Assembly (NCBI GenBank): GCA_963705105.1
Contig: CAVPIW010000007.1
Coordinates: 224,001-288,000, forward strand
Source of the DNA: an uncultured Nitrospiraceae bacterium
GTDB taxonomy: Bacteria; Nitrospirota; Thermodesulfovibrionia; Thermodesulfovibrionales; Dissulfurispiraceae
Length of the DNA stretch: 64,000 nucleotides
Direction of reading: 5' to 3'
Under the pieces are notes generated by a model. It searched no databases. It saw nothing but the letters and a program-made list of their open reading frames with translations, and was not told the DNA's origin. The translations under genes and the position numbers were made by a program. Of the stretch, positions 42,009 to 51,575 are shown piece after piece. Every line of letters starts with the position of its first letter. The first letter of the stretch is position 1.

Positions 42009-42070
42009 CCTCATCGTTGCAATACACTTTCAGGAAGGGCGGGGTGTATGCGCCGAAAACCTTGATGCGG
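42009..42070 (+). mobile_element. MITE family A left-end fragment
   Basis: CCTCATCGTTGCAATACACTTTCAGGAAGGGCGGGGTGTATGCGCCGAAAACCTTGATGCGG. Confidence 0.85.
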
Positions 42071-42074
42071 ACGC

Positions 42075-42803
42075 TCAGGATGATGCGGGACCGTCGCCCT
42101 CTTCTCCTGTTTCCGGAGGGCCTGACTTTCCGGCGCTTCCTCCCAAAGTCTCTTCAAGCCTGATCGTCCTTTCGATCGCCCCGGAGAGATAGTCCCGGAA
42201 GCGTTCCGGGATGAGCCACTGGATGCCGAGCTTCTCGGCCCAGGCAATCAGTCCCTGGTCGGCGGTGACAAGGACCGCATCGAGCTCCCGGGCGAGGAGG
42301 AGAAGGTCCACATCCTCCCTGCTGTCGATGACTCCCTCCCTGAGGGCTTCCCTGTACTTTTTCCTCAGGTCCTGGATGATCTCGTCGGGCTTCCTCTGCT
42401 CGGCGGACCTGACGGCCTTCTCGGCGATGCGCAGCCCCTTGTTGACCCTGTCGCGCAGGTCCTCGATCAGCTCGTAGAGCACGAACCCGGGGATGGGTAT
42501 TTCATGCCTCCGCGGCGGCCGCTGGTGGAGAATGAGGAGGAGGTCGCCGGGTATGCGGCTCTTGTCGACGAAATTGAGGAGTTCGCTGAAGGTCGAGGGA
42601 GGCATATAAAATTCGAGCACGTGGATCTGCGACGCGAGAAAGAGAAAGGTCTCCAGGGCCTCCGTCGGCGTCGTTCCGAGGCTCATCCTGACGTCGGGAT
42701 TGACGAACAGGCTCGTGTCGAGGACCACCTTCCGGGGAGGAGGAAAGGGGGAATAGGTCCGCCGCGTATCGGGCGAAGTGTCTTCCCCGCCGGCTTCAGG
42801 CAT
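42075..42803 (-). CDS. HARP (homolog of Aquifex RNase P; RNA-free RNase P, PIN-like UPF0278)
   Basis: VLDTSLFVNP, FYMPPS, RVNKGLRIAE, LRKKYREALREGVIDSREDVDLLLLAREL, TADQG. Confidence 0.9.
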   Translation of the reverse strand: MPEAGGEDTSPDTRRTYSPFPPPRKVVLDTSLFVNPDVRMSLGTTPTEALETFLFLASQIHVLEFYMPPSTFSELLNFVDKSRIPGDLLLILHQRPPRRHEIPIPGFVLYELIEDLRDRVNKGLRIAEKAVRSAEQRKPDEIIQDLRKKYREALREGVIDSREDVDLLLLARELDAVLVTADQGLIAWAEKLGIQWLIPERFRDYLSGAIERTIRLEETLGGSAGKSGPPETGEEGDGPASS

Positions 42804-42827
42804 CGTTCGTTCCCTGCAGGTTCTCCA

Positions 42828-43268
42828 TCAGTGATGATATTCCATGCCTTTCTGTATCGTGAATGCCCTGTATATTTGCTCCAGGAGGACGAGCCTCGCC
42901 ATTTCATGGGTGAGGGTCATCCGGGATAGCGCAAGTATGGTGTCCGCCCTGTCACGGACTTCCCGGGAAACGCCGAAGGGTCCTCCCAGGACAAAATCAA
43001 TGGCAGGCCTTTCACCGAGAAGGGAGGCAAAACCGGGCGATGTGAGTTCATCACCTTTTTCATCGAGCAGCACAAATGACTGTGTCTGCCTGATGATCCT
43101 CGACCCCTCCGCTGCAAGGGCCTCTTCCCTGCTCTTCCCCCGCCCTTCCCGGACCTCGACGACGGAAACCCGTGCGAAGCGCCCCAGGAGTTTCAGGTAG
43201 TGATCGATGCCCTCAGTAAGATAACGCTCTCTGGTCCTGCCGGGCCAGACGATCCGGATCTTCATCAT
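42828..43268 (-). CDS. rlmH: 23S rRNA (pseudouridine1915-N3)-methyltransferase
   Basis: FVLGGPFG, LSRMTLTHEMARLVLLEQIYRAFTI..YHH. Confidence 0.95.
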   Translation of the reverse strand: MMKIRIVWPGRTRERYLTEGIDHYLKLLGRFARVSVVEVREGRGKSREEALAAEGSRIIRQTQSFVLLDEKGDELTSPGFASLLGERPAIDFVLGGPFGVSREVRDRADTILALSRMTLTHEMARLVLLEQIYRAFTIQKGMEYHH

Positions 43269-43605
43269 CGGCTGCGATTCTCGGGGCATCGAGCCAGAGC
43301 TTCTCCAGCTCATAGTATGATCTCGTCTCATCCTCGAAGATATGGATGACGACGTCGCCATAGTCCATAAGCACCCAGTGCGCGTACGTCATGCCCTCGA
43401 TGCTCAGCGGGGTGCAGCCGATTTTTTTCAGCTCTGATTCGATGTGTTCGGCGATAGCCCTGACTTGGGGGATGTTGTCACCGGAGCAGATGACGAAGTA
43501 GTCGGAAATAACGGTGAGACCCTTCAGTTCGAGGATCACGGTGTCTTTTGCCTTCTTCGCCCGGGAAGCCCGTGCCGCCTCCTGAGCCTTCTCTAAACTG
43601 TCTAT
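43213..43605 (-). CDS. rsfS: Ribosome silencing factor; probable ATA start
   Basis: AARASRAKKAKDTVILEL, DYFVICSG, WVLMDYGDVVIHIF, YYELEKLW; AGGAGG 7 nt before in-frame ATA. Confidence 0.9.
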   Translation of the reverse strand: MDSLEKAQEAARASRAKKAKDTVILELKGLTVISDYFVICSGDNIPQVRAIAEHIESELKKIGCTPLSIEGMTYAHWVLMDYGDVVIHIFEDETRSYYELEKLWLDAPRIAADDEDPDRLARQDQRALSY

Positions 43606-43665
43606 GTGCCTGCCTCCTTTCAGAATGATGATTTATTATACCAGACCGTCGCCATCCAAAATAAT

Positions 43666-44087
43666 ATTTGTCGTTGCAATAAAAGGCGGGGCAAAGCGCC
43701 TCAGAGCCTCGCTGATAGCGAGCATGATCGTTTATTATGGTGTATCAGGAATTCACCCTTTGTGACATCGATCATGAGCCTAATGCCTTATCGTTGCAAT
43801 ACACTTCCGGGAAAGGCGGGGCGTATGCGCCGAAAACCTTGCTGCGGCGACACCATAACTCTCACGGAAGACAACCTTTCAAACCAATGGTCGACCACAC
43901 AAAGAGTGGAATCCTGAAAGACAAACCTGACGAGGCTTATCGTCGCCTTCAGCAAGGCTTGAGGCGTTTCGCCACGCCTTTCTATGCAAGGTAATAGTAT
44001 CTTTATGGGAAGGCAAAGGTCTCGCAGCACCGAGGCTTGTCGGCGCCTTCACCCCGCCTTTCCGGAGATCACATTGCATCGATAAGG
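43666..44087 (-). mobile_element. MITE family A (left type 2, long) host copy, TSD TAAT, interrupted by a second copy
   Basis: TAAT[ATTTGTCGTTGCAATAAAAGGCGGGG ... CATTGCATCGATAAGG]TAAT. Confidence 0.88.
43786..43991 (+). mobile_element. MITE family A (left type 1, long) nested in opposite orientation
   Basis: Nearly identical to 17379-17590; flanked by TAAT(G)/TAAT. Confidence 0.92.
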
Positions 44088-44150
44088 TAATCCGACACGA
44101 GGATTGGCCGGAATAATTCCGTTCACTCACACTGACACTCGCACTTTACA

Positions 44151-44936
44151 CTATCTTCTCTTTCGGCGGTCGTCCCAAAAGGCGTTCATTAGGGCCACGG
44201 CGACGATCGCCGCCGTCTCAGCCCTGAGGACCCTCCTGCCGAGGCTTGTTGCCACAAGACCGCACTCCTCTGCTCGCAGCACCTCCTGCTCCGTGAACCC
44301 CCCTTCGGGTCCGACGAGGAGATACACAAGCCCCGCGGCCGTCCTGGCGATACCATCGCCCGCAGGCTCCGCATCGGGCAGGCCCGGCAGAAGGCCGTCA
44401 AAGGCATCGGGAAAATCCCTTCCGCTTTCAGGCCTGAAAATGAGTCCCTTCAAAGCAGGACCGCCCTGCCGCACCACGGTCCCAAACAGCCGGGGCTCGT
44501 GGATACTCGGGATGACGGCGCCGCCGCACTGTTCGACCGCTTCTTCCGCGATTTTTCTCCACCTGCCGACTTTTCTCGTCTCCCTGACGAGGCACCGTTC
44601 GGTGATGACGGGTGCAAACTCCGAGATCCCGAGTTCCGTCGTCTTCTGGAGGACGACATCCATTTTCTCTCCCTTGAGAATCCCCTGGCAGAGCACGATC
44701 CTCAGGTCCTTCTCCGCGCCCCGTCCGTCCTTCCCTTCTCCCGCCATGGCGATCGTGACGGCATGCTTCGACGTCCCCGTCACGACAGCCCCATAAACCA
44801 TGCCCACGCCGTCGATGACGGTGATGTCCTCCCCCTTCTTCACCCTCAGGACCGAGAGGAGATAATGGGATTTCTCCGCAGGCAGGCTGATTTCTCCGCC
44901 CTTTGCGATCACCTCAGGGGGAAGGTAGATTCTCAT
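44151..44936 (-). CDS. rsmE: 16S rRNA (uracil1498-N3)-methyltransferase
   Basis: HYLLSVLR, QKTTELGI, VGPEGGF, LGRRVLRAETA. Confidence 0.95.
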   Translation of the reverse strand: MRIYLPPEVIAKGGEISLPAEKSHYLLSVLRVKKGEDITVIDGVGMVYGAVVTGTSKHAVTIAMAGEGKDGRGAEKDLRIVLCQGILKGEKMDVVLQKTTELGISEFAPVITERCLVRETRKVGRWRKIAEEAVEQCGGAVIPSIHEPRLFGTVVRQGGPALKGLIFRPESGRDFPDAFDGLLPGLPDAEPAGDGIARTAAGLVYLLVGPEGGFTEQEVLRAEECGLVATSLGRRVLRAETAAIVAVALMNAFWDDRRKRR

Positions 44937-44952
44937 GCCGGGAGGGGTTCGG

Positions 44953-46041
44953 TCAGGAGAAGAGGTCCTTCAGCTTGCTCGTGAACCCCTTGGCGTGATC
45001 GGGCGCAGGTTCGCCCGTTATCTTCGCTAACTCTTCCAGCAGTTCACGCTGACGCGGAGTGAGCTTCTTCGGCACCGCAACGGTAATGGTGACGAGCAGG
45101 TCTCCGCGGTGGCTCGTGCCGATTTTCGGCATGCCTTTGTTCTTGATGTGGAATACTTTTCCCGACTGTGTGCCGGCCGGTATTTTCAACGTCGACGGCT
45201 CGTCGAGTGTCGGCACTTCGATCTCTCCGCCGAAGACGGCCTTCGTGAAGGAAATGGGGATATGACAGGATATGCTCAGGCCTTCCCGCCGGAACACGGG
45301 GTGGTCCTCGACGGAAATGACGACATAGAGGTCACCGGGAGGACCGCCGAACGCTCCCAGGTCACCTTCGCCTGTCAGTCTCAAGCGTGTCCCCGTATCG
45401 ACTCCCGCCGGGACCTTTATGGAGATCTCCCGCTGGATCCGCACCCTGCCGCCGCCTTCGCAATCCTTGCATGGCGTCTGGATGATCTTGCCGCTGCCCT
45501 GACATTTCCCGCAGGTCTTGGAGACGCTGAAGAATCCCTGCTGGAACCTGACATGACCCGTTCCCTGGCAGGAAGGGCAGGTGACGGCCGATGTGCCCGG
45601 CGCTGCGCCCGTACCGCCGCATGTGGCGCATGACTGCCACCGGGGCACTTTGATCGTTTTTTCGAGCCCCGTCGAGGCCTCTTCGAGGGTCATCGTGAGG
45701 TTATACCTCAGGTCCGCCCCCTTGACGGGACGGTTCCTCCTCGACCCGCCGAAGGAACCGAAAAAGTCATCGAAGATGTCCTCGAAGATGTCCGAGAACC
45801 CGGCGCCCCCGAACCCCGCCCCGGCCCCTTCCGCCGTTCCGAAACGGTCGTAGTTCGCCCTCTTCTCGGGGTCGCTGAGGCAGGTATAGGCCTCGTTGAT
45901 CTCCTTGAACTTCTCCTCCGCCACCTTGTCGTCGGGATTTCTGTCAGGGTGATACTGCAGGGCGAGCTTCCGGAATGCCTTCTTCAGCTCTTCCTGAGAG
46001 GCGTCGCGGTTCACTCCGAGTGTGGCGTAGTAATCTTTCAT
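44953..46041 (-). CDS. dnaJ: Chaperone DnaJ
   Basis: HPD J-domain, four CxxCxGxG repeats. Confidence 0.98.
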   Translation of the reverse strand: MKDYYATLGVNRDASQEELKKAFRKLALQYHPDRNPDDKVAEEKFKEINEAYTCLSDPEKRANYDRFGTAEGAGAGFGGAGFSDIFEDIFDDFFGSFGGSRRNRPVKGADLRYNLTMTLEEASTGLEKTIKVPRWQSCATCGGTGAAPGTSAVTCPSCQGTGHVRFQQGFFSVSKTCGKCQGSGKIIQTPCKDCEGGGRVRIQREISIKVPAGVDTGTRLRLTGEGDLGAFGGPPGDLYVVISVEDHPVFRREGLSISCHIPISFTKAVFGGEIEVPTLDEPSTLKIPAGTQSGKVFHIKNKGMPKIGTSHRGDLLVTITVAVPKKLTPRQRELLEELAKITGEPAPDHAKGFTSKLKDLFS

Positions 46042-46060
46042 CGGTCAGCCGGTATGGTCA

Positions 46061-46271
46061 CCGTGCAGTTGTTTGAAAAGGCGGGGCGAAACGCCTCAAA
46101 GCCTTGCTGAAGGCGACGATACGCCTCATCAGCTTCGTGTTTCAGGATTCCACTCTTTGTGTCATCGACCATTGGCGTATAGTTCATCTCTCGTTTTGAT
46201 ACAGGTGTCGCCGCAGCAAGGTTTTCGGCGCATACACCCCGCCTTTCCGGAAAGCGTATGCAACGATAAGG
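46061..46271 (-). mobile_element. MITE family A (left type 1, long) between dnaK and dnaJ
   Basis: Close to reverse complement of 27700-27911. Confidence 0.92.
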
Positions 46272-46351
46272 TTATTATGTTACGGTGTCGCCGCATCAAG
46301 GTTTTCGGCGCATACGCCCCGCCTTTCCGGAGATCGTATGCGATTATAAAA
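46272..46351 (-). mobile_element. MITE family A left-end fragment abutting previous copy
   Basis: TTATTATGTTACGGTGTCGCCGCATCAAGGTTTTCGGCGCATACGCCCCGCCTTTCC, matches the 52799-52967 copy. Confidence 0.85.
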
Positions 46352-46421
46352 CTCAGAGGCTGCAACCGGCGGCCTCCCCATGCGGGGAGGCTTTGCCGGC
46401 CGCCATATCAGGGTGTGGCGC

Positions 46422-48332
46422 TTATTTGTTTTTATCGACGTCCTCGAATTCCGCTTCGACGACTTCCTCTTCACCGCTCTTCGGCTTTTCACCGGAGGCG
46501 CCGGCGCCGCCTGCAGACTGTCCCTGGGCCGCGCTGTACATGTGCTCGGCGAGCTTGTGAGAAGCCTTGGTCAGCTCGTCGACGGAGGACTTGATCTCCG
46601 CGGCGTCCTGGCTGGTGTCCTTCGCTTTTTTGCACTTTTCAAGGGCTGCCTGGATGGCGCTTTTTTCGGTCTCGCTCACCTTGTCACCGTACTCGCTCAG
46701 AGACTTTTCGACGGAATAGACGAGGGTGTCGGCATGGTTCCTCGCCTCAGCCAGTTCCTTCTTCTTCCTGTCCTCCTCGGCGTGGGCTTCGGCATCCCTC
46801 ACCATCTTCTTGATCTCTTCATCGGAAAGACCGCTCGATGCGGTGATCCTGATGGACTGCTCCTTGCCCGTTCCGAGGTCCTTCGCGGAGACGTGGAGAA
46901 TACCGTTCGCGTCGATATCAAAGGTCACATCGATCTGTGGGAGGCCCCGCGGCGCCGGAGGAATACCCACGAGCTCGAAGACGCCGAGGAGCTTGTTGTC
47001 CGCCGCCATCTCCCTCTCTCCCTGGAACACTCTGATGGTGACGGCGGGCTGGTTGTCCGAGGCCGTCGAAAAGACCTGGGATTTCTTCGTCGGGATCGTC
47101 GTGTTTTTCTCGATCATCTTGGTGAAAACGCCGCCGAGGGTCTCGATGCCGAGCGACAGGGGCGTGACGTCGAGGAGGAGCACCTCCTTGACCTCTCCCT
47201 TCAGAACCGCACCCTGGATGGCGGCGCCGACGGCCACGACCTCGTCAGGGTTCACCGTCTTGTTCGGCTCTTTGCCGAAATGGGACTGGACGACCTGCTG
47301 GACCTTCGGGGTCCTCGTCTGGCCGCCCACAAGGAGCACCTCGTCGACGTCAGAAGGCGACATGGCCGCGTCGCTCAGGGCGATCTTGCAGGGTTCAATG
47401 GTATTGCTGACGAGATCGTCCGTCAACTGCTCCAGCTTCGCCCGGGAGAGCTTCATCAGGAGGTGTTTCGGCCCGGAAGCGTCGGCCGTGACGAAGGGCA
47501 GGTTGATCTCCGTCTCCATGGCCGTCGAGAGCTCTATCTTCGCCCTTTCGGCGCCCTCCTTCAGCCTCTGCAGAGCCATCTTGTCCTGCCTGAGGTCGAT
47601 GCCCTGATCCTTCCTGAATTCTTCCACCAGCCAGTCGATGATCCGGAGGTCGAAGTCGTCACCGCCCAGGTAGGTATCCCCGTTCGTCGACTTCACCTCG
47701 ATGACGCCTTCGCCGATCTCAAGGATCGAGATGTCGAACGTGCCGCCCCCGAGGTCGTACACGGCGACCTTCTCCTCTTTCTTCTTTTCGAGGCCGTAGG
47801 CAAGGGCCGCGGCGGTCGGTTCATTGATGATCCGCAGCACGTTGAGACCCGCGATCTTTCCCGCGTCCTTCGTCGCCTGTCTCTGGCTGTCGTCAAAGTA
47901 GGCCGGCACGGTGATGACGGCGTCGGTCACGGTCTCACCGAGGTAATCCTCTGCGGCCTGCTTCAGTTTCTGGAGAATCATGGCGGAAATCTCGGGAGGA
48001 GAATATGTCTTTCCCCTTGCCTCGACGTGAGCATCCCCGTTGGAGGCCTCTACGATTTTATATGGAAGCCTTTTTCTCGCGTGTTCCACCTGTTTCGTAT
48101 TGAACTTCCTTCCCATGAGCCTCTTTATCGAAAAGATGGTGTTCTCGGGATTCGTTATCGACTGTCTCTTAGCGATCTGGCCGACGAGACGCTCACCCTT
48201 CTCTGTGAAGGCGACGACTGAGGGTGTGGTCCGCATACCCTCCTGGTTCGGTATAACAACGGTTTCTCCACTCATGACGACTGCAACGACCGAGTTTGTC
48301 GTCCCGAGATCGATGCCTACAGCCTTTCCCAT
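46422..48332 (-). CDS. dnaK: Chaperone DnaK
   Basis: [35 protein letters not shown]. Confidence 0.99.
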   Translation of the reverse strand: MGKAVGIDLGTTNSVVAVVMSGETVVIPNQEGMRTTPSVVAFTEKGERLVGQIAKRQSITNPENTIFSIKRLMGRKFNTKQVEHARKRLPYKIVEASNGDAHVEARGKTYSPPEISAMILQKLKQAAEDYLGETVTDAVITVPAYFDDSQRQATKDAGKIAGLNVLRIINEPTAAALAYGLEKKKEEKVAVYDLGGGTFDISILEIGEGVIEVKSTNGDTYLGGDDFDLRIIDWLVEEFRKDQGIDLRQDKMALQRLKEGAERAKIELSTAMETEINLPFVTADASGPKHLLMKLSRAKLEQLTDDLVSNTIEPCKIALSDAAMSPSDVDEVLLVGGQTRTPKVQQVVQSHFGKEPNKTVNPDEVVAVGAAIQGAVLKGEVKEVLLLDVTPLSLGIETLGGVFTKMIEKNTTIPTKKSQVFSTASDNQPAVTIRVFQGEREMAADNKLLGVFELVGIPPAPRGLPQIDVTFDIDANGILHVSAKDLGTGKEQSIRITASSGLSDEEIKKMVRDAEAHAEEDRKKKELAEARNHADTLVYSVEKSLSEYGDKVSETEKSAIQAALEKCKKAKDTSQDAAEIKSSVDELTKASHKLAEHMYSAAQGQSAGGAGASGEKPKSGEEEVVEAEFEDVDKNK

Positions 48333-48488
48333 TCTATCCTCCTTCGTAAAATATCAATTGTCATTAAGGTCCGGAATTGCCGGTACCCGATCATATATCT
48401 CTCTATTATACTCTTGTCTGAAACTGCTCTCGGTTAATCCCGGAAAAACGGGGACAGAGACCGGTTTCTGAAGCAGAATTCGCTTTTT

Positions 48489-49046
48489 TTACACCTTCTT
48501 GGACACAGAAACGAGGGAAGGTCTCAGCACCTTCTCATGGAACATGTATCCCTTTCTGAACTCTTCGACCACCATGTTACTCTCTGTTTCAGGCTTCTCG
48601 ACGACGGACATGGCGTGATGATAGGCCGGATCGAAGGGCCGGCCGAGGGCTTCGATCGGCTTCAGCCCGTTCTTTCCGAGGACACGCATCAGTTCCCTGA
48701 GGGTGTTCTCCACCCCCTCACGGAGGGCGAGAAAGGCGTCACCATTACCTTCGCTCGCATGGCTCAGCGCCATATCGAGGCTGTCGATCGCCGGCAGCAG
48801 ATCGTAGACCAGGCTTTCGTTGGCGAACTTGGCGAGCTCCTCCTTGTCCTTTTGCGTCTTCTTCCTGTAATTATCGAATTCCGCATAGAGACGCAGATAT
48901 CTGTCCTTCATTTCGTCGCGCTCACTGCGGATCATATCGAGTTCTGTCTCTCCCTGGCCGGTCCGGGAAGATGAAACCGGCTCAGGCGATTCTGTGCCCG
49001 ATGCATCCTCCGGGTTCACAGACGGCTCTTTATCTTCCAATATCAC
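48489..49046 (-). CDS. grpE: Nucleotide exchange factor GrpE
   Basis: LRLYAEFDNYRK, FDPAYHHAM, KGYMFHEKVLRPSLV. Confidence 0.97.
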   Translation of the reverse strand: MILEDKEPSVNPEDASGTESPEPVSSSRTGQGETELDMIRSERDEMKDRYLRLYAEFDNYRKKTQKDKEELAKFANESLVYDLLPAIDSLDMALSHASEGNGDAFLALREGVENTLRELMRVLGKNGLKPIEALGRPFDPAYHHAMSVVEKPETESNMVVEEFRKGYMFHEKVLRPSLVSVSKKV

Positions 49047-49112
49047 AACCTCCTCCCTTGCAAAATCAGGTCCTGGCGCACAGGAACGGCACGGTCATCA
49101 GGCCGGTCCCGG

Positions 49113-50156
49113 TCAGCGCTCCTCCAGTCTCGTACTCACGAGTTTCGCCGCCATGTCCACGATGGAAATGGCTCTCCCGTAATTCATCCGCTTCGGTCCG
49201 ATCAGCGCGATTACGCCGATAGGCCTGTTTTTTTCCTTGTATGTCGAGGCGACGATGCTCAGGTTCTTCAGTTCTTCAACGGGGTTTTCAGCGCCGATGA
49301 CGATGTGCAGGCCCTCTTCCTCGGAGAGCTCGTTCAGCAGCTTCAGGATCGTGTGTTTTTCCCGGATTGCCTTCGCGAGCTCCTTGATCTTCGTAATATC
49401 CGAAAAATCGGGAAGGTTCATGGCATCGTAAAGGCCTGACACGAACAAATCGTCTCCGGTGAACGACAGCGCCTGATCACAGATCAGCAGCGCCCTGGAT
49501 ACGAGATTCTCGCAGAGCGATTTCTCAGACTGCATCCTTTTGATGAGAGCGCCCCGTATCTCGTCGATCGTGAATCCCGAGAACTGGCTGTTGAGATAAT
49601 CGGAGATCTCATTCAGATTCTTCTGGTTTACCCCGGATCCTCCCCGAAGGATCCTGTTCCGGATGATCCCTTCTTCCGTCAGCAGAATCGCCACGATCAT
49701 GTCATCACGGTATTTGATGAGGTCTATCCTGTTGAACGTCGTCTGCGCCGCCTTGGGCGCAAGGGCGACGCCGATGTAATTCGACATGACCGAGAGCGTA
49801 TTCGTAATAGTGAAGAAGAGCTCGTTGACATCATTCCTGATCTCTATCAGCCTGTTGCTGATCTGCTGAATGAACTCCCTCGTGAGGTCGCTGCTCGCGT
49901 CCCGGCGCACCAGCAGGTTATCCACATAGTACCTGTAACCCCTATCCGTGGGAATCCGGCCCGCCGATGTGTGGGGCTGGACGAGAAAGCCGAGGTCCTC
50001 GAGATCGGCCATGACATTTCTTATCGTCGCCGAGGATATGCCGAAAGGATACCTCTTCGTCAGGAAACGGGAGCCCACGGGCTCGAGCTTGTTGATGTAG
50101 CTCTCAACAATCGCCGAGAGGATATATCGGCTTCTCTCATCAAGGTTGTATAACAT
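49113..50156 (-). CDS. hrcA: Heat-inducible transcription repressor
   Basis: EPVGS, SSATIRNVMADLE, QPHTSAGRIPT, GPKRMNY. Confidence 0.97.
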   Translation of the reverse strand: MLYNLDERSRYILSAIVESYINKLEPVGSRFLTKRYPFGISSATIRNVMADLEDLGFLVQPHTSAGRIPTDRGYRYYVDNLLVRRDASSDLTREFIQQISNRLIEIRNDVNELFFTITNTLSVMSNYIGVALAPKAAQTTFNRIDLIKYRDDMIVAILLTEEGIIRNRILRGGSGVNQKNLNEISDYLNSQFSGFTIDEIRGALIKRMQSEKSLCENLVSRALLICDQALSFTGDDLFVSGLYDAMNLPDFSDITKIKELAKAIREKHTILKLLNELSEEEGLHIVIGAENPVEELKNLSIVASTYKEKNRPIGVIALIGPKRMNYGRAISIVDMAAKLVSTRLEER

Positions 50157-50168
50157 GACAACACCCCT

Positions 50169-50195
50169 TTAGCACTCTCATGCCGAGAGTGCTAA
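50169..50195 (-). promoter_or_regulatory. CIRCE operator (perfect)
   Basis: TTAGCACTC-N9-GAGTGCTAA directly upstream of hrcA. Confidence 0.97.
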
Positions 50196-50197
50196 TT

Positions 50198-50227
50198 AAT
50201 CTAACAGGAATTTCCCCGGTGTGTCAA
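50198..50227 (-). promoter_or_regulatory. sigma70-type promoter of hrcA operon
   Basis: TTGACA (50227-50222), 18-nt spacer, TAGATT (50203-50198), next to CIRCE. Confidence 0.7.
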
Positions 50228-50237
50228 CCTTCCGCTG

Positions 50238-50680
50238 CGGAACAAGACCACGAACACCCGGACGGAAGGCTGATGTAGTGAAAAGCCTTTCCGCTAAGAT
50301 ACCCTATTCATCACCGGACTACACCTTATCGTTGCAATAGGACATCCGGAAAGGCGGGGCGAAGATGCCTCTAAGCCTTGGTGCTGAGAAACCTATGCCG
50401 TCCCATACGGATTATTTCAAGCGTATGGTTGATCGCATAAAAGATGAGATCCCGAATGTCCCATTTCAAATGATCATGCTCGCTATCAGCAAGGCGTTGA
50501 GGCACTTTGTCCCGACTTTTCATGCAACAGAAAGGTACACTTTGCCGTGTCCATTCATAACAGATGCCCGTCAGGCACCAGGCGCCGAACACCTTGAGAT
50601 GTTTCATCATCGCATTGGAAAGGCTCAGAACCATGTCTGCCTTCCCGGCGACAGCGTCGCGATATGCAAATTCAGAATGA
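50238..50680 (+). repeat. Family B dispersed repeat, copy 1 (interrupted by MITE A)
   Basis: Collinear with 59087-59302: GGCTGATGT.GTGAAAAGCCTTTCC..TAAGATACC ... CTTTGCCGTGTCCATT ... CATCATCGCATTGGAAAGGCT. Confidence 0.88.
50324..50535 (+). mobile_element. MITE family A (left type 2, long), TSD TACA
   Basis: GGAC TACA[CCTTATCGTTGCAA...TGCAACAGAAAGG]TACA CTTTGCC; empty site AGAC CACA CTTTGCC at ~59166-59180. Confidence 0.95.
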
Positions 50681-50690
50681 GGCCGTCCCG

Positions 50691-51527
50691 TCACCACTGC
50701 AGCTCGCGTCTCATCAGCTTTTCGTACATCGCCGGTGGGAGAAAGGCCTGGGAGTGGATCTCGTCGCTGTAGTACCTCGTGCTGATCGCGCACTGCCTCC
50801 TCATCTCCCTTAATCCGTGCTTCTTCGACGCCGCTGAGAATGTCCACCAGTTGCCCGCGTAAGTCGCAAGGGGGGCGGTATAGAGATCGACGACGGGGAA
50901 GATGAGCTTCATCTCCTCCTGGACCTCGATAACCATCTCCTTATGGAAATGGAGGGACTCCGAAAGAGTGACGATCATACCCTCACCGGTGAGGGCATCC
51001 TTGACGGACTTGAAAAATTCCACGGTGAAGAGACTCTTTGCAAAACCGATGATGTCCGTCGAGTCGACAATGACGACATCGATGTCCCCGCTCCTGCCTT
51101 TCACGAATTCCGCGCCGTCCATGCACTTGATCTCGACGCGACCGTCGCCGACGCCGGATGAGACGGCGGGGAAGAATTCCCGCGAGACGTTGATGACCTG
51201 CTCGTCGATCTCGACGAAATAGACCTTTTCCACCGTGTCGTGCTTCAGGACTTCCCTGACGACGCCGCCGTCGCCGCCGCCGATGACGACGACCTTCCTC
51301 GGCGCCGGGTGGGCATGCATGGCGACATGGACGAGCATCTCATGATAGAAGAACTCGTCGCGTTCCGTGATCTGCACGACGCCGTCGAGGATGAGCATCC
51401 TGCCGAAATGGGGGTTCTCGATCACCATGATCTCCTGAAAGTCACTCCTGCTCTTGTGCAGGACCCTGTCGACGTCATAGACATACTGGATCGGGGCATA
51501 GGGGTCTCTCTCAAAAAACCTGATCAT
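50691..51527 (-). CDS. speE: Spermidine synthase
   Basis: LDGVVQITERDEFFYHEM, VIGGGDGG, VEID, IVDSTD. Confidence 0.95.
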   Translation of the reverse strand: MIRFFERDPYAPIQYVYDVDRVLHKSRSDFQEIMVIENPHFGRMLILDGVVQITERDEFFYHEMLVHVAMHAHPAPRKVVVIGGGDGGVVREVLKHDTVEKVYFVEIDEQVINVSREFFPAVSSGVGDGRVEIKCMDGAEFVKGRSGDIDVVIVDSTDIIGFAKSLFTVEFFKSVKDALTGEGMIVTLSESLHFHKEMVIEVQEEMKLIFPVVDLYTAPLATYAGNWWTFSAASKKHGLREMRRQCAISTRYYSDEIHSQAFLPPAMYEKLMRRELQW

Positions 51528-51575
51528 ATCGCTGTCCTCCTTGACACACCGGCACGGAAACGCGCCGTCTTCGTT

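Noticed and set aside
46380..48221. 613-aa ORF antisense to dnaK (and similar long antisense ORFs over trpB, trpB2, accD, gspE)
   Set aside because: Shadow ORFs caused by high-GC codon bias opposite well-supported genes
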